The position numbers were made by a program, and so were the translations under genes. Shown here one piece after another: positions 36,617 through 47,423 of a stretch of DNA of 64,000 nt. The notes under the pieces are model-generated. The model ran no database searches. It was not told where the DNA came from and saw only the letters and a list, made by a program, of their open reading frames with translations. Location: NCBI GenBank assembly GCA_050012135.1, contig JBEKHT010000001.1:83095-147094 (forward strand), written 5' to 3'. This DNA comes from Anaerolineales bacterium (GTDB lineage Bacteria > Chloroflexota > Anaerolineae > Anaerolineales > RBG-16-64-43). Numbering within the stretch: the first letter of the stretch is position 1; every line of letters begins with the position of its first letter.

Positions 36617-37381
36617 ATGCTTGAAATTGAAGTCTTCACCCTATTCCCCGGCATGTTCGAAAGCGTCTTGCAGGAGACTATTCTCGGGCGGGCCCAATCC
36701 AAGGAATTGGTGTCGATACGCGTTCGCAACATCCGCGACCATGCCACCGACCGCCATCATGTAACCGACGATGCGCCCTATGGCGGCGGGGGCGGAATGG
36801 TCATGAAACCCGAACCCATTTTTGCCGCGGTCGAATCCGCCCTGGGCAGTCCCCCGCGCGTGCCGATCATACTGCTCTCTCCTCAGGGCAAGGTGTTCGA
36901 CCAGGCCCGAGCGTGGGAGCTTTCGAGAGAAAGCGGGTTTGCTCTCCTGAGCGGCCGGTACGAAGGGGTCGATGAGCGCGTTCGTGACCATCTGGCGGCC
37001 GAGGCTCTCTCGATCGGAGACTATGTTCTAAGTGGAGGGGAACTGGCCGCGATGGTCGTGATCGAGGCGGTCGTCCGACTGATTCCAGGAGCCCTGGGAG
37101 ACGAGGATGGCGCCGTGGACGACAGTCTTTCCAGCGGCTTGCTTGAATACCCCCACTACACCCGCCCGGCTCTGTTCCGTGGTTGGCGCGTCCCGGAGGT
37201 GCTTCTCTCGGGAAATCACGAGGCGATCCGCCGGTGGCGCCGGGAGCAATCCTTGTGGCGGACCTTTGTTCAGCGGCCCGATCTGCTGGCCCGGGCTCCG
37301 CTCAGTGTTTCGGATCGGGAGGCCCTGGAGCGACTGCGGAAGGAGCATGCGGCCCAGGAGAAAGACCCGGGCAAAGGCTAA
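36617..37381 (+). CDS. trmD: tRNA (guanine37-N1)-methyltransferase
   Basis: Contains [25 protein letters not shown] and [12 protein letters not shown]. Confidence 0.93.
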   Translation: MLEIEVFTLFPGMFESVLQETILGRAQSKELVSIRVRNIRDHATDRHHVTDDAPYGGGGGMVMKPEPIFAAVESALGSPPRVPIILLSPQGKVFDQARAWELSRESGFALLSGRYEGVDERVRDHLAAEALSIGDYVLSGGELAAMVVIEAVVRLIPGALGDEDGAVDDSLSSGLLEYPHYTRPALFRGWRVPEVLLSGNHEAIRRWRREQSLWRTFVQRPDLLARAPLSVSDREALERLRKEHAAQEKDPGKG

Positions 37382-37519
37382 CGCCACGCGCCCCTCCGCC
37401 GCAGGTTGCGGGTCGCGAAGGCCATCGTCCGACAAGGGAGAAGGAGGCGCTGCCAACGGGGAGGTTCTTGGCAAGGGTCCGGAATGCGGCCCTGGACCTT
37501 GGATTTGGGGATAACCACC

Positions 37520-37549
37520 TTGCCACGGGAGGGGCCACCATGTTACATT
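37520..37549 (+). promoter_or_regulatory. Promoter TTGCCA-N18-(TGt)TACATT upstream of the first binding-protein gene
   Basis: Sequence read directly. It lies 55 nt upstream of ATG 37605. Confidence 0.45.
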
Positions 37550-37604
37550 CGCTGGACCTCGGAGATTCGGCCCGATCGGTTTTGCTCCGATAAGGCGGAG
37601 GCAG

Positions 37605-39575
37605 ATGAAAGCAAGCAAGGCGATGGCAAGCCAGAGACGGGTGGGACTCCTGCCGCAAGTCTTGCGCGGCCTTGGGCTCCATTGGTCCTGCTTGTTCTGC
37701 CTGCTCCTGGCCGCCTGCGGTTGGGTGGCCCGGGCCCCGCTGATCCCGGGCACGGCCTCTCCGAGCGCAGCGTCAACCCCCACGCCGATCCCTCGGCCTG
37801 CTCGGCTTCTGACGATCTGCATTGCCCAGGAACCCCAATCTCTCTACATCTACGGCGGCACGGATCTGGCCACCAATACGGTCTTGGAGGCCGTCTACGA
37901 CGGGCCGATCGACTCCAACTCCTTCTCGTATCAGCCGGTCATTTTGCAGAAGTTGCCCAGCCTGGCCGATGGGGACGCGGTGCTCTCTCCTGTGTCGGTG
38001 AAAGCAGGAGACTTGGTCGTCGATGACGCGGGTCTGGTCGGGGCTTTGGCTCAAGGAACGAAGGTGCGACCGGCGGGCTGCTCCAGTTCCGCCTGTGCCG
38101 TGTCGTATTCCGGTGGCGAGATCCAGATGGACCAGATGAAGGCGACGTTTCACCTCAAGCCGGGAATTGAATGGTCGGATGGGTTCGCGCTCAGCGCGGA
38201 GGACTCGGTCTTCTCATTTGAGGTCGCCAAGAGTTCGGAGGCCCAGCTTACCCCGTTCCAGCAAGACCGAATCGAACGCACCCAGAGCTATCAGGAGGTC
38301 GATGACCTGACCGTTCAATGGATTGGTTTGCCCGGCTACCTTGACCCCGAGTACTACTTGAGGTTCTGGACCCCGCTGCCCGCGCACCAGCTGGGAAAAC
38401 TGGCCCCGGGAGACTTGCTCACAGCCGAGGCCACCACGCGTGAGCCCATGGGCTGGGGGCCCTATGAGATCACGGATTGGCAACCGGGCCGTTACATCCT
38501 TCTCCAAAAGAACCCGCACTACTGGCGTGCGGCCGAGGGGCTTCCGCATTTTGATGAGCTGGAGTTTCGTTTCGTGGGGACCGATGCTGACAGCGGGATT
38601 GCCGCGCTGTTGGCGGGCGAATGCGATGTGGTCGATCAGTCCGTCCCGCTGGACGATCGTCTGGATTCGCTCAAGCAGCTCAAGAGCCGCGGACTGCTCG
38701 TGCTTGCGGATTCGACGGGAACGGACTGGGTGCACGCCGATTTTGACATTGCCGCGGCGGCCCCTTACAGCAATCAGCATTCGGCCTGGTTCTCAGACGT
38801 TCGCATGCGCCAGGCGGTGGCGCTGTGTATGGACCGCCAGGCGGTCGTCGACCAGGTATTGGCCGGGGAGAGCCTCGTCCCAGCTAGTTACGTCTCCCCC
38901 CTGAGCCCGATCTACAACCCGCAGGTCCCGGCTTACCCCTATGACCCGCAGCAAGGCATGAAGCTCTTGGACGCGATGGGATGGCGTCTGCCGCAAGCCG
39001 GGCCGCAGACGGTTCGGGTAGCAGTGGGGGTCGCCGCAGTTGCCCCCGGGACCCCGCTACGCCTCAACTATTGGGCAACCGACAGCCCCCAGAGCCGAGC
39101 GGTAGCGGGAATCCTCGCGGCGAGTCTGGCCGGCTGCGGAATCCAAACAAATGTGCAGTATTTCGACAGCTCCCTGCTGCAGGGCGGCTCCGACAGCCCG
39201 GTGTTTGGACGGCAATTCGACTTGGCGCAGTTTGGGTGGATCAGCGGGCCCGATCCGGCTTGTGAGCTCTATCTCTCCAGCCAGATCCCCGGCCCCGCTG
39301 ACGGTTGGCAGGGCCAAAATGATACCGGATTCAGCAACGCCGATTTCGATCAGGCCTGCTCCCTGTCCCAGAGCAGTCTTCACGAAAGCGAAAGCTATGT
39401 TCAGAATGCAAGAAGCGCCCAGGCGACATTTGCCGAAAACCTGCCCTCCGTGCCCCTTTACCTGAAGGTCAAGGTGGCGATCGCCCGCCCTGGGCTGACC
39501 GGGCTGACCATGAACCCGACGGCCGCCGATGACCTGTGGAACATTGAGGAGTTTGACATTCCGGGTCAGCGCTAG
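37605..39575 (+). CDS. ABC transporter substrate-binding lipoprotein, family 5 (peptide/nickel type), copy 1
   Basis: Signal plus lipobox (LLLAAC). It has SBP_bac_5-like length and composition. The gene is high-GC. Confidence 0.82.
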   Translation: MKASKAMASQRRVGLLPQVLRGLGLHWSCLFCLLLAACGWVARAPLIPGTASPSAASTPTPIPRPARLLTICIAQEPQSLYIYGGTDLATNTVLEAVYDGPIDSNSFSYQPVILQKLPSLADGDAVLSPVSVKAGDLVVDDAGLVGALAQGTKVRPAGCSSSACAVSYSGGEIQMDQMKATFHLKPGIEWSDGFALSAEDSVFSFEVAKSSEAQLTPFQQDRIERTQSYQEVDDLTVQWIGLPGYLDPEYYLRFWTPLPAHQLGKLAPGDLLTAEATTREPMGWGPYEITDWQPGRYILLQKNPHYWRAAEGLPHFDELEFRFVGTDADSGIAALLAGECDVVDQSVPLDDRLDSLKQLKSRGLLVLADSTGTDWVHADFDIAAAAPYSNQHSAWFSDVRMRQAVALCMDRQAVVDQVLAGESLVPASYVSPLSPIYNPQVPAYPYDPQQGMKLLDAMGWRLPQAGPQTVRVAVGVAAVAPGTPLRLNYWATDSPQSRAVAGILAASLAGCGIQTNVQYFDSSLLQGGSDSPVFGRQFDLAQFGWISGPDPACELYLSSQIPGPADGWQGQNDTGFSNADFDQACSLSQSSLHESESYVQNARSAQATFAENLPSVPLYLKVKVAIARPGLTGLTMNPTAADDLWNIEEFDIPGQR

Positions 39576-39601
39576 CGACTCGGAAACGGCTGAATACCTT
39601 G

Positions 39602-39720
39602 TGATATACTGGCCTCCCAAGAGCAGCGCGGACGGAGAGGCCAAGGTCCGGAGGGAACGTCCTTGAGGACGATCTCTGTCCGCGGGATTGCGGCAGTTCC
39701 TCACAATCACCGTTTTTGAG
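39602..39720 (+). promoter_or_regulatory. Extended -10 promoter TGATATACT followed by a structured leader
   Basis: TGnTATACT at 39602-39610. An 11-bp helix pairs CGCGGACGGAG (39627-37) with CUCUGUCCGCG (39674-84) and encloses a CGUCC/GGACG hairpin. A weak hairpin plus CGUUUUUGAG follows at 39711-20. The first ATPase ATG is at 39898. Confidence 0.4.
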
Positions 39721-39897
39721 AATGAGTAGAGCCACGCCAGTCCCTTTCAAGGCACTCGATCGCGACATCCTGGGTTTGAGGTTGGAGTCGCGCATGAACA
39801 TCCGAGGCCCTCGCCCCTCATTCGCTTGTGCCGAGAAGGTCCGACTTCCGGCCCGCCCTGGTGATTGCCGTCCCAAGAAGACTTTGGTCGCTCGAGG

Positions 39898-40887
39898 ATG
39901 TTGATGGCAGATCTTCTCGACGTGAAAGGGTTGGAGACCCAATTCCGCACCCCCGATGGTATTGTTCACGCGGTCAACGGCGTTTCCCTGACTTTGAAAG
40001 AGGGTGAAACCCTTGGGATTGTCGGCGAGAGCGGATGTGGAAAAACCGTAACCGTGCTTTCGATACTCCGACTGATTGCCATGCCGCCCGGGAAAATCGT
40101 TGCGGGGAAAGCGAATTTTCGAGGCCAAGATCTGTTGCAGATGTCAAATGAAGAAATCAGGGAGATCCGCGGTTCCCAAATTGCCATGATCTTTCAGGAC
40201 CCGATGACATCCCTGAACCCGGTCCTGACCATCGAGCGACAATTGACAGAACCACTACTCTTGCACCTTGGTATGACCAAGGTGCAAGCTCGGAATCGCG
40301 CGGCAGAACTTCTCGGTTTGGTGGGCATCCCGAATGCCAAAGAACGACTCAAGGATTATCCTCACCAGTTTTCAGGGGGAATGCGCCAACGGGTAATGAT
40401 CGCAATGGCTCTAGCCTGTGACCCCCAAATCTTGATTGCCGATGAACCGACCACTGCCTTGGATGTGACCATCCAGGCCCAGATTATAGAGCTGGTCAAG
40501 CGTCTCCGGGATGAGCTGGGAATGGCAATTATCTGGATTACGCATGACCTGGGTGTTGTGGCCGGCCTGGCGCGGCGTGTCATGGTCATGTATGGCGGAT
40601 TTATTATCGAGGAAGCACCGGTCAGGGAATTGTATGCCAACCCCAGTCATCCCTATACACTCGGCCTGCTGGGAAGCCTTCCGCGTGTAGATCAAGAGCG
40701 AGAGCGTTTGTTTTCGATTGAGGGCTTGCCACCGGTTCTGTATCAAATGCCTGCCGCCTGTCCTTTCGCACCGCGCTGCAAGTGGGCGATGGAACGTTGT
40801 GGGAAGGAAAACCCCGTTCTGGAGACCATTGGACCAGATCACCGCATGGCTTGTTGGGTCGATACAAGGACAGGGAGAGCCCGTTGA
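39898..40887 (+). CDS. Peptide ABC transporter ATP-binding protein (OppD/DppD type), copy 1
   Basis: Walker A GESGCGKT, signature FSGGMRQR, Walker [12 protein letters not shown], and the oligopeptide C-terminal region HPYT.GLL. Confidence 0.9.
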   Translation: MLMADLLDVKGLETQFRTPDGIVHAVNGVSLTLKEGETLGIVGESGCGKTVTVLSILRLIAMPPGKIVAGKANFRGQDLLQMSNEEIREIRGSQIAMIFQDPMTSLNPVLTIERQLTEPLLLHLGMTKVQARNRAAELLGLVGIPNAKERLKDYPHQFSGGMRQRVMIAMALACDPQILIADEPTTALDVTIQAQIIELVKRLRDELGMAIIWITHDLGVVAGLARRVMVMYGGFIIEEAPVRELYANPSHPYTLGLLGSLPRVDQERERLFSIEGLPPVLYQMPAACPFAPRCKWAMERCGKENPVLETIGPDHRMACWVDTRTGRAR

Positions 40888-41885
40888 TGTCATCGAACCA
40901 CAAGGAAGTCTTGCTTCGAGTCGACAATCTGGTAAAGCACTTCCCCATTAATCGTGGCGTCTTCCAGCATCAAGTTGGCGTGGTCCATGCCGTGGATGGT
41001 GTGACGTTTAATGTGTACAGAGGGGAAACTCTTGGCTTGGTGGGGGAGTCGGGCTGTGGGAAAACAACGACCGGCCGTACGATCCTGCAGCTTTATCGGC
41101 CGACTTCGGGGCATGTCTATTTCGAAGGCGTCGATTTGGTGGCTTTGAAAAGTGGAGAAATGCGCCGGATGCGCCGTAAGATCCAGATGATCTTTCAGGA
41201 TCCGTATGCCAGCCTGAGTCCGCGCATGACCATTGGCGAGATTATCGGCGAGCCGTTGCTCGTTCACCATGTCGGCAATGCCCAAGAAATCCGCGAACGC
41301 GTCAAGTATCTGCTGGATGTTGTTAAGCTATCCCCCTCCTTTACGGACCGTTATCCTCATGAATTCTCAGGGGGCCAACGCCAACGCATTGGCATCGCTC
41401 GTGCTTTGGCTTTGCAGCCATCCTTCATTGTCTGCGATGAACCGATTTCATCACTGGATGTCTCGATTCAAGCACAGGTTGTCAATCTCCTGGATGATTT
41501 GCAAAGACAGTTCAATCTGACTTATCTGTTCATTGCGCATGATTTGTCGATGGTTCGTCACCTTTGTGACCGTGTGGCGGTGATGTATCTGGGGATCACC
41601 GTCGAAATGGCCGCCCGTGCGGACTTATATCGCATGCCTTTGCATCCTTACACGCAGGCCTTGCTCTCCGCCGTTCCGATCCCTGACCCGGTGGCGGACT
41701 CCCAGCGCCAACGTGTTATACTGGAAGGGGATGTGCCTTCCCCGGTAGACCCGCCCTCCGGATGTCGTTTCCGGACGCGCTGTCCCATTGCCAAGCCTAT
41801 TTGTGCCGAGCAAGTGCCTGATTTCCGCGAGCTGAGGCCAGGTGATTTTGTGGCCTGCCACTTTGCGGAACAGTTCTTAAATTGA
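40887..41885 (+). CDS. Peptide ABC transporter ATP-binding protein (OppF/DppF type), copy 1
   Basis: Contains [24 protein letters not shown] and [12 protein letters not shown]. It has a 1-nt overlap with the upstream stop (TGATG). Confidence 0.9.
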   Translation: MSSNHKEVLLRVDNLVKHFPINRGVFQHQVGVVHAVDGVTFNVYRGETLGLVGESGCGKTTTGRTILQLYRPTSGHVYFEGVDLVALKSGEMRRMRRKIQMIFQDPYASLSPRMTIGEIIGEPLLVHHVGNAQEIRERVKYLLDVVKLSPSFTDRYPHEFSGGQRQRIGIARALALQPSFIVCDEPISSLDVSIQAQVVNLLDDLQRQFNLTYLFIAHDLSMVRHLCDRVAVMYLGITVEMAARADLYRMPLHPYTQALLSAVPIPDPVADSQRQRVILEGDVPSPVDPPSGCRFRTRCPIAKPICAEQVPDFRELRPGDFVACHFAEQFLN

Positions 41886-41991
41886 AGGAGGTGATGATCC
41901 TATACCCATAGAAAAGAAGCAAGACAGCCAATCTCACGAAAGGGTTGGTTGCATCCGCCTAATTCGATAACCAATGTGGGGAGAGAAGAAG

Positions 41992-43953
41992 ATGCGCAAG
42001 ATTTTTACCGTAGTTAGCCTGTTAGTCGCCGCCGGCATGGTCCTGACGGCTTGTGCGCCCGGCGCCACACCCGCACCGGCAGGTACGCCTCAACCGACTG
42101 CTGTAAAGCCGCCCGCCATCAAGAATCCGGACACGCTGGTCTATGCTTGTGAGGGTTGCGATCCACAATCACTCGACCCGGCTTGGTCCTATGACACTTC
42201 CAGCGGCGGAATCCAGCAGAACGTCTATGAAGGGCTCATCTTTTACAACCGCGAGCATGTGGACCAGTACATTCCGATGCTGGCGACGGCTTGGACAGTT
42301 TCCCCGGACGGCCTGACCTACACCTTCAATATTCGCCCGAATGTCAAGTTCCAGAACGGCGATACCCTCAAGGCCAGTGACGTCGCGTATTCCTACTTGC
42401 GGGGTTTCATCCAAAGCCGTGACAGTGGCCCGCAGTGGATCATGTTGGAGCCGTTCTTCGGGCCGTCGGTCACAGCCACCTTCCTGGATGCCACCGTCAA
42501 GGCTGGCGATACGACCGGTGATGACGTGGTGAACACCATGTACAATGGCGACTTTGTTGCCGCATGTCAGGCCGCGCAAAAGATGATCGTGGCTGACAAT
42601 AACGCCATGACCGTGACCATGACCCTCAAGCAGCCATGGGGCCCATTCCTGGCTTCGATCGCCAATGCCTGGGGCAGTGTGATCGACCAGAGCTGGGCTG
42701 TCGGGCTAGGCGACTGGGACGGCAACTGCGCGGATGCACAGCAGTTCAACAACCCGGATGCTAATAAGGATCCGCTTTTCAGCAAGATGAACGGTACGGG
42801 TCCCTATTCGCTCGTGAAATGGGATTCGGGGAATGAGATCGATCTGGATGCAAATCCAAACTACTGGGCAACTCAGCCGTTATGGGCCGGTGGTCCTTCT
42901 GGGACGCCCAAGATCGCCCACATCATCATCAAGCAGGTTTCTGAATTTGGCACACGCCTGGCGATGATGGAAACCGGTGACGCTGACTTTATTGACGTGC
43001 CTCGCAACTATATCTCTCAACTGGATCCGCTGGTGAAGGAAACGTGCGATGCGTCCGGCAACGGCCAATGCCAAGCGGTAAACGCGAACGGCTTCATCCG
43101 CCTCTACAAGAATATGCCGGGGCTGGAAGAAGATGGCATGTTCTTTAACCAGGATGTCAATGTGACCGGTGGCAACTCCTTCCTGGGCTCAGGAAAGCTG
43201 GATGGCAACGGCATTCCGCCAACCTTCTTTGCGGACATCCACGTTCGCAAGGCGCTCGTCGCCTGCTTTGACTATAACACCTTCATCAAGCAGGTTTTCA
43301 ATGGCGAAGCCGTTCAGCCGAACGGGCCCGTTCCTCCGGGCGAGTTGGGCTATGACACGAGCGCGCCGCCTCAGCAGTTCAGCCTAGATACCTGCAAATC
43401 GGAATTCGCCCTTGCGGCCCAAGACCCCGGCTTGACGGATCTGCTGACCAAGGGCTTCTACTTTGCCTATATGTACAATACGGGCAATACGACACGGCAG
43501 ATTGCAGGTCAGATCCTGGCGCAGAACCTTCAGCAGGTCAATCCCAAGTTCGTTATGGCCGTGAATGCCGAACCATGGCCTGTGTTCTTGGGGGATTATG
43601 AGAAAAGTCGCCTGGGTGGTTTCTGGCTTGGCTGGCTCGAAGACTATCACGATCCGAACGACTGGGTGGCGCCCTACCTCGGAAGCGGCGGTGCGTATTC
43701 TGGCACTCAGAGCTTTGATCCAACAGTGCAAAAGCAAATGGACGCTCTGATCAATCAGGCGGTGTCTTCAGCGGATCAATCCCAGCGCGCAACGCTTTAC
43801 GCACAGTTGAACAAGATGGCACTGGACAACGCGCTCGATATCTTTGCTGTCGCTCCGACTATCCGCCATTACGAGCAAGAATGGGTCAAGGGCTACTACT
43901 ATAACCCGATCTACTCTGAGTTCTACTGGTACCCGATGAGCAAGGGACAGTAG
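41992..43953 (+). CDS. ABC transporter substrate-binding lipoprotein, family 5, copy 2
   Basis: MRKIF...LTAC lipobox, with an SD GGGGAGAG upstream. The body is family-5 SBP-like. Confidence 0.85.
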   Translation: MRKIFTVVSLLVAAGMVLTACAPGATPAPAGTPQPTAVKPPAIKNPDTLVYACEGCDPQSLDPAWSYDTSSGGIQQNVYEGLIFYNREHVDQYIPMLATAWTVSPDGLTYTFNIRPNVKFQNGDTLKASDVAYSYLRGFIQSRDSGPQWIMLEPFFGPSVTATFLDATVKAGDTTGDDVVNTMYNGDFVAACQAAQKMIVADNNAMTVTMTLKQPWGPFLASIANAWGSVIDQSWAVGLGDWDGNCADAQQFNNPDANKDPLFSKMNGTGPYSLVKWDSGNEIDLDANPNYWATQPLWAGGPSGTPKIAHIIIKQVSEFGTRLAMMETGDADFIDVPRNYISQLDPLVKETCDASGNGQCQAVNANGFIRLYKNMPGLEEDGMFFNQDVNVTGGNSFLGSGKLDGNGIPPTFFADIHVRKALVACFDYNTFIKQVFNGEAVQPNGPVPPGELGYDTSAPPQQFSLDTCKSEFALAAQDPGLTDLLTKGFYFAYMYNTGNTTRQIAGQILAQNLQQVNPKFVMAVNAEPWPVFLGDYEKSRLGGFWLGWLEDYHDPNDWVAPYLGSGGAYSGTQSFDPTVQKQMDALINQAVSSADQSQRATLYAQLNKMALDNALDIFAVAPTIRHYEQEWVKGYYYNPIYSEFYWYPMSKGQ

Positions 43954-43986
43954 TCGGGCCGTAGGGATGCATTAGTAGGCTATGAC

Positions 43987-44011
43987 GGGGGCTGGAGATT
44001 TTCCAGCCCCC
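43987..44011 (+). terminator. 10-bp perfect hairpin after the binding-protein gene (partial terminator or mRNA stabiliser)
   Basis: GGGGGCUGGA-GAUUU-UCCAGCCCCC, with no U tract. Confidence 0.45.
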
Positions 44012-44100
44012 GTGCCGGAGTAAGACGAAGAAGTGTGATCGAGGTGAGAGGGTGCGTCCTCTTACCCATGCCCCGACGAGAATGATCAAGGATCCGTAAC

Positions 44101-45129
44101 ATGGCAAATTACATTGTTCGTCGATTGTTGATTCTGCCAATCATCCTCATCGGGCTGAGCCTTTTGATCTTTGCGATGATCTCACTCCTTAATCCATATA
44201 CGCGCGCTTCGTTATACGTGAACTCGCCTCCGAAGACCGAGAATGCGCTCAATCAACTGGTCGTAAAGTATGGACTGGACAAACCGATTCCGGTTCAATA
44301 TTGGAATTGGCTATCTCAAGTCGTTCGTGGCAATCTGGGCTGGTCCAAGACTGCCGAACGGCCGGTTTTGCAGGCTATTCTCGCGTACTTTCCCGCTACA
44401 CTCGAACTCTCGATATGGAGTTTCATACCCATCATCGTGATTGGGGTTTGGCTTGGCGTGCAAGCCGCGATCCACCAGGATCAGTTGATTGATCAAGTGG
44501 CGCGTATCTTCAGCATTATTGGCTATTCCTTCCCCGTCTTTGTTTTCGGCTTGTTGGTGCTGATGATCTTCTATGCCAAACTGCAATGGTTCCCGCCCGG
44601 GCGTTTGTCCCAATGGGCGAGTCAAATTGTGGGCTCCGCGTCGTTCCATCCATACACCGGTATGAATAGCTTTGACGCGCTGTTGAACGGACGATTCGAC
44701 ATCTTTCTGGATGCCCTCCGCCACCTGGTTCTACCCGCGGTGACCCTTTCTTATGTTGATTGGGCGCTGATTCTGCGGGTCACGCGGTCTTCCATGCTGG
44801 ATGTCGTTCGACAGGATTATGTGATGGTGGCGCGCGCCAAAGGCCTGAAAGAATCCGATGTGATCAATAAGCATGCACGGCCAAACGCGCTGATCCCGGT
44901 GGCAACGGTTGGAGGATTGTTGCTGGTTGGGTTGATGAATGGGGTCGTCATCACAGAGACCGTCTTTGATTATCACGGGATTGGATTTTGGATCGCCCAG
45001 TCCGCTTTGCAGCTGGACGTGGTCTCGGTGCTGGGTGTCACCCTGTTCGAGGGGACTCTGCTGGTGCTGGCCAATCTGGTTGTCGATGTGTTGTATGCTT
45101 CCCTCGATCCGCGTATTCGTCTCAGTTAG
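44101..45129 (+). CDS. Peptide ABC transporter permease (OppB/DppB type)
   Basis: Starts MANYIVRRLL, a typical DppB N-terminus. It has 6 TM segments and the EAA-like loop VMVARAKGLKESDV. Confidence 0.9.
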   Translation: MANYIVRRLLILPIILIGLSLLIFAMISLLNPYTRASLYVNSPPKTENALNQLVVKYGLDKPIPVQYWNWLSQVVRGNLGWSKTAERPVLQAILAYFPATLELSIWSFIPIIVIGVWLGVQAAIHQDQLIDQVARIFSIIGYSFPVFVFGLLVLMIFYAKLQWFPPGRLSQWASQIVGSASFHPYTGMNSFDALLNGRFDIFLDALRHLVLPAVTLSYVDWALILRVTRSSMLDVVRQDYVMVARAKGLKESDVINKHARPNALIPVATVGGLLLVGLMNGVVITETVFDYHGIGFWIAQSALQLDVVSVLGVTLFEGTLLVLANLVVDVLYASLDPRIRLS

Positions 45130-45186
45130 GAGAAACACACGGCCGCAACGACGACAACCGACCTCAAACTTACTGAAACCTGGAGT

Positions 45187-46122
45187 TTGCGACGACGGAG
45201 TCGCGTTCCCGCGTGGGTGCGCGCTTTGTTGAAGAACCCGGCTTCCATCGCCGGTGTCGTGCTCCTGATCGGGTACGCGCTGGTCGCCATTTTTGCTCAA
45301 CAAATCGTGGATATCGTTGAGCCGGCCGTCGAGCGCCAGGCGGTCGTACAGAATTTTGGCAACCCGTACCAAATCCCGCGTGATGGTTATAGCTCCGAGC
45401 CGCAACCGCCCAGCGCCACGCATCCCTTTGGCACAACGGAGGGGCAGTATGATCTTTTCTATGGGGTTGTCTGGGGTACACGTACTGCCTTCGAGGTGGG
45501 CATCATTATCACGGGCCTGACATTTCTGATCGGTGCGGTCCTGGGTTTGGTCTCGGCCTACTATGGCGGATTAATCGATTTGGTGCTGCAACGTATCGTG
45601 GAGATTTTTCTTGCTTTCCCCTTCCTTTTGGCGGCGATTACGGCGGCCGCGGTGTTTGGTCCGGAAGTGCACAACGGCATCTTAACCGGGATCATCGCCT
45701 TGACGTTGTTTGGCTGGCCCGGATACGCCCGTATCATCCGCGGCGATGTGCTCACGATCAAGGAGCGCGATTTTGTGTTGGCGGCACGGGCCGTTGGCGT
45801 CGGCGATTATCGGATCGTCGTGCGCCATATCTTGCCCAACTCGATGTATTCGTTACTCGTCGTTGCCTCGCTCGATATCGGGACGTATGTGCTCACGTTC
45901 GCCGCATTGAGCTTTCTGGGCGTGGGCGCGGCACTCGGTTACGCGGACTGGGGCCAGATTCTGAGTTTCGCACACGATTGGATCCCCAGTCTGGCGACGT
46001 ATTGGTACATCGTCCTCTATCCGGGCGTTGCGCTCGTGCTCTATGTTCTTGCGTGGAATCTTATCGGCGATGCCTTCCGCGATGCGCTCGATCCGAAGAT
46101 GAGGGGGATGCGAGGGGGGTAG
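45187..46122 (+). CDS. Peptide ABC transporter permease (OppC/DppC type)
   Basis: OppC_N-like start, and ARAVGVGDYRIVVRHILPN. The TTG start is uncertain. Confidence 0.88.
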   Translation: MRRRSRVPAWVRALLKNPASIAGVVLLIGYALVAIFAQQIVDIVEPAVERQAVVQNFGNPYQIPRDGYSSEPQPPSATHPFGTTEGQYDLFYGVVWGTRTAFEVGIIITGLTFLIGAVLGLVSAYYGGLIDLVLQRIVEIFLAFPFLLAAITAAAVFGPEVHNGILTGIIALTLFGWPGYARIIRGDVLTIKERDFVLAARAVGVGDYRIVVRHILPNSMYSLLVVASLDIGTYVLTFAALSFLGVGAALGYADWGQILSFAHDWIPSLATYWYIVLYPGVALVLYVLAWNLIGDAFRDALDPKMRGMRGG

Positions 46123-46287
46123 GGAATTGGGCTTTGCCTTGCTCGTTCCCTTGGCAGTCAGCGTTCCCATCTGACTTCCTTCTCATCCAGCTCCCCGGGG
46201 TCGAACTGCGAACTCCAAAGCCAGCCGCGCAGGCGGCTGGGTTCTCCCCGACCTGACTCCCAAGTCACGCGAACGATTCGGCTCTTC

Positions 46288-46316
46288 TTGACGGTGCCCG
46301 AGGCGCATGCTATAGT
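46288..46316 (+). promoter_or_regulatory. Promoter TTGACG-N17-(TGc)TATAGT upstream of the second ATPase pair
   Basis: Sequence read directly. It lies 39 nt upstream of start 46355. Confidence 0.55.
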
Positions 46317-46354
46317 GCCTCGCTTCCCCATATACATTCTCGCTCGAGGCTCGA

Positions 46355-47416
46355 TTGGACGCGCAATCCCCGAACCTGCTTGATGTCCGCAATCTCAAGA
46401 CCTACTACTTCACCCAAGACGGCGTCGTCAAGGCTGTGGACGGCGTGGACCTGACGGTCCGTAAGGGGGAGGTCCTGGGCCTGGTTGGGGAATCGGGCTG
46501 CGGCAAGAGTGTCACCTCCTTGTCCATTCTGCGCTTGATCGGCAATCCGGGACGGATCATTGAAGGGGTTATCCATTTCGATGGCCAGGACCTGCGCAAG
46601 CTGCCGGAGTCCGAAATGGTCCATGTGCGTGGGAACCGGATCTCGATGATCTTCCAGCAACCGCAGTCGGCTCTCAACCCGGTCTATCGTGTCGGAGACC
46701 AGATCTCGGAGGTGCTCGAGATCCATCAAGGCCTGAACAAGAAGGAGGGGGCGGAGCGGGCCGTTGAGCTCCTCCAAATGGTGGGGATTCCGGATCCCGA
46801 GCGGCGAACCAAGTCCTATCCGCATGAGCTCTCCGGGGGCATGGCTCAGCGGGTGATGATCGCCATGGCGCTGGCCTGTTTGCCTGAACTGCTCATTGCG
46901 GATGAACCGACGACAGCCCTGGATGTGACCATCCAGGCTCAGATCTTGGAGCTGATGCTGGATCTGCGCCGCCAGACCGGATCGGCCATGATTCTGATTA
47001 CGCATGACCTGGGGGTGATCGCGGAAACGGCCGAAAGGGTGGCGGTCATGTATGCCGGTCGCATTGTTGAGGAGACCCGGGTAGAAGACCTGTTCTCGCA
47101 CCCCTATCACCCCTACACCCAAGGTTTGATCGAATCCATTCCGGTTCTGGGAAAGGTCAAAGACCGGTTGGAGGTCATCCCGGGATCGGTGCCGAACCTC
47201 ATCAATCTGCCGGTCGGCTGCCGCTTTGCCCCACGATGCCGAGCACGCCTCGAGCACCATCTCTCCGTATGCGCGGAACTGGAACCCGATCTTCGGCCCG
47301 TCGAGCCCGGCCACTCGGTACGTTGCTGGCTCTACCACGACAGCCTCACGCACCGGGCTCCGATCGGCCAAGCGACACCGGACGCAAAGGACCCGAAGAG
47401 GAGCCCCCGTGGCTGA
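46355..47416 (+). CDS. Peptide ABC transporter ATP-binding protein (OppD type), copy 2
   Basis: Contains [27 protein letters not shown] and HPYTQGL. The start is TTG. Confidence 0.88.
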   Translation: MDAQSPNLLDVRNLKTYYFTQDGVVKAVDGVDLTVRKGEVLGLVGESGCGKSVTSLSILRLIGNPGRIIEGVIHFDGQDLRKLPESEMVHVRGNRISMIFQQPQSALNPVYRVGDQISEVLEIHQGLNKKEGAERAVELLQMVGIPDPERRTKSYPHELSGGMAQRVMIAMALACLPELLIADEPTTALDVTIQAQILELMLDLRRQTGSAMILITHDLGVIAETAERVAVMYAGRIVEETRVEDLFSHPYHPYTQGLIESIPVLGKVKDRLEVIPGSVPNLINLPVGCRFAPRCRARLEHHLSVCAELEPDLRPVEPGHSVRCWLYHDSLTHRAPIGQATPDAKDPKRSPRG

Positions 47417-47423
47417 AACGGGA

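Noticed and set aside
39716-39904. A 62-aa ORF within the long leader upstream of the first ABC ATPase gene.
   Set aside because: It has no SD, an Arg/Pro-rich low-complexity translation, and it overlaps the ATPase start region. It is more likely non-coding leader.
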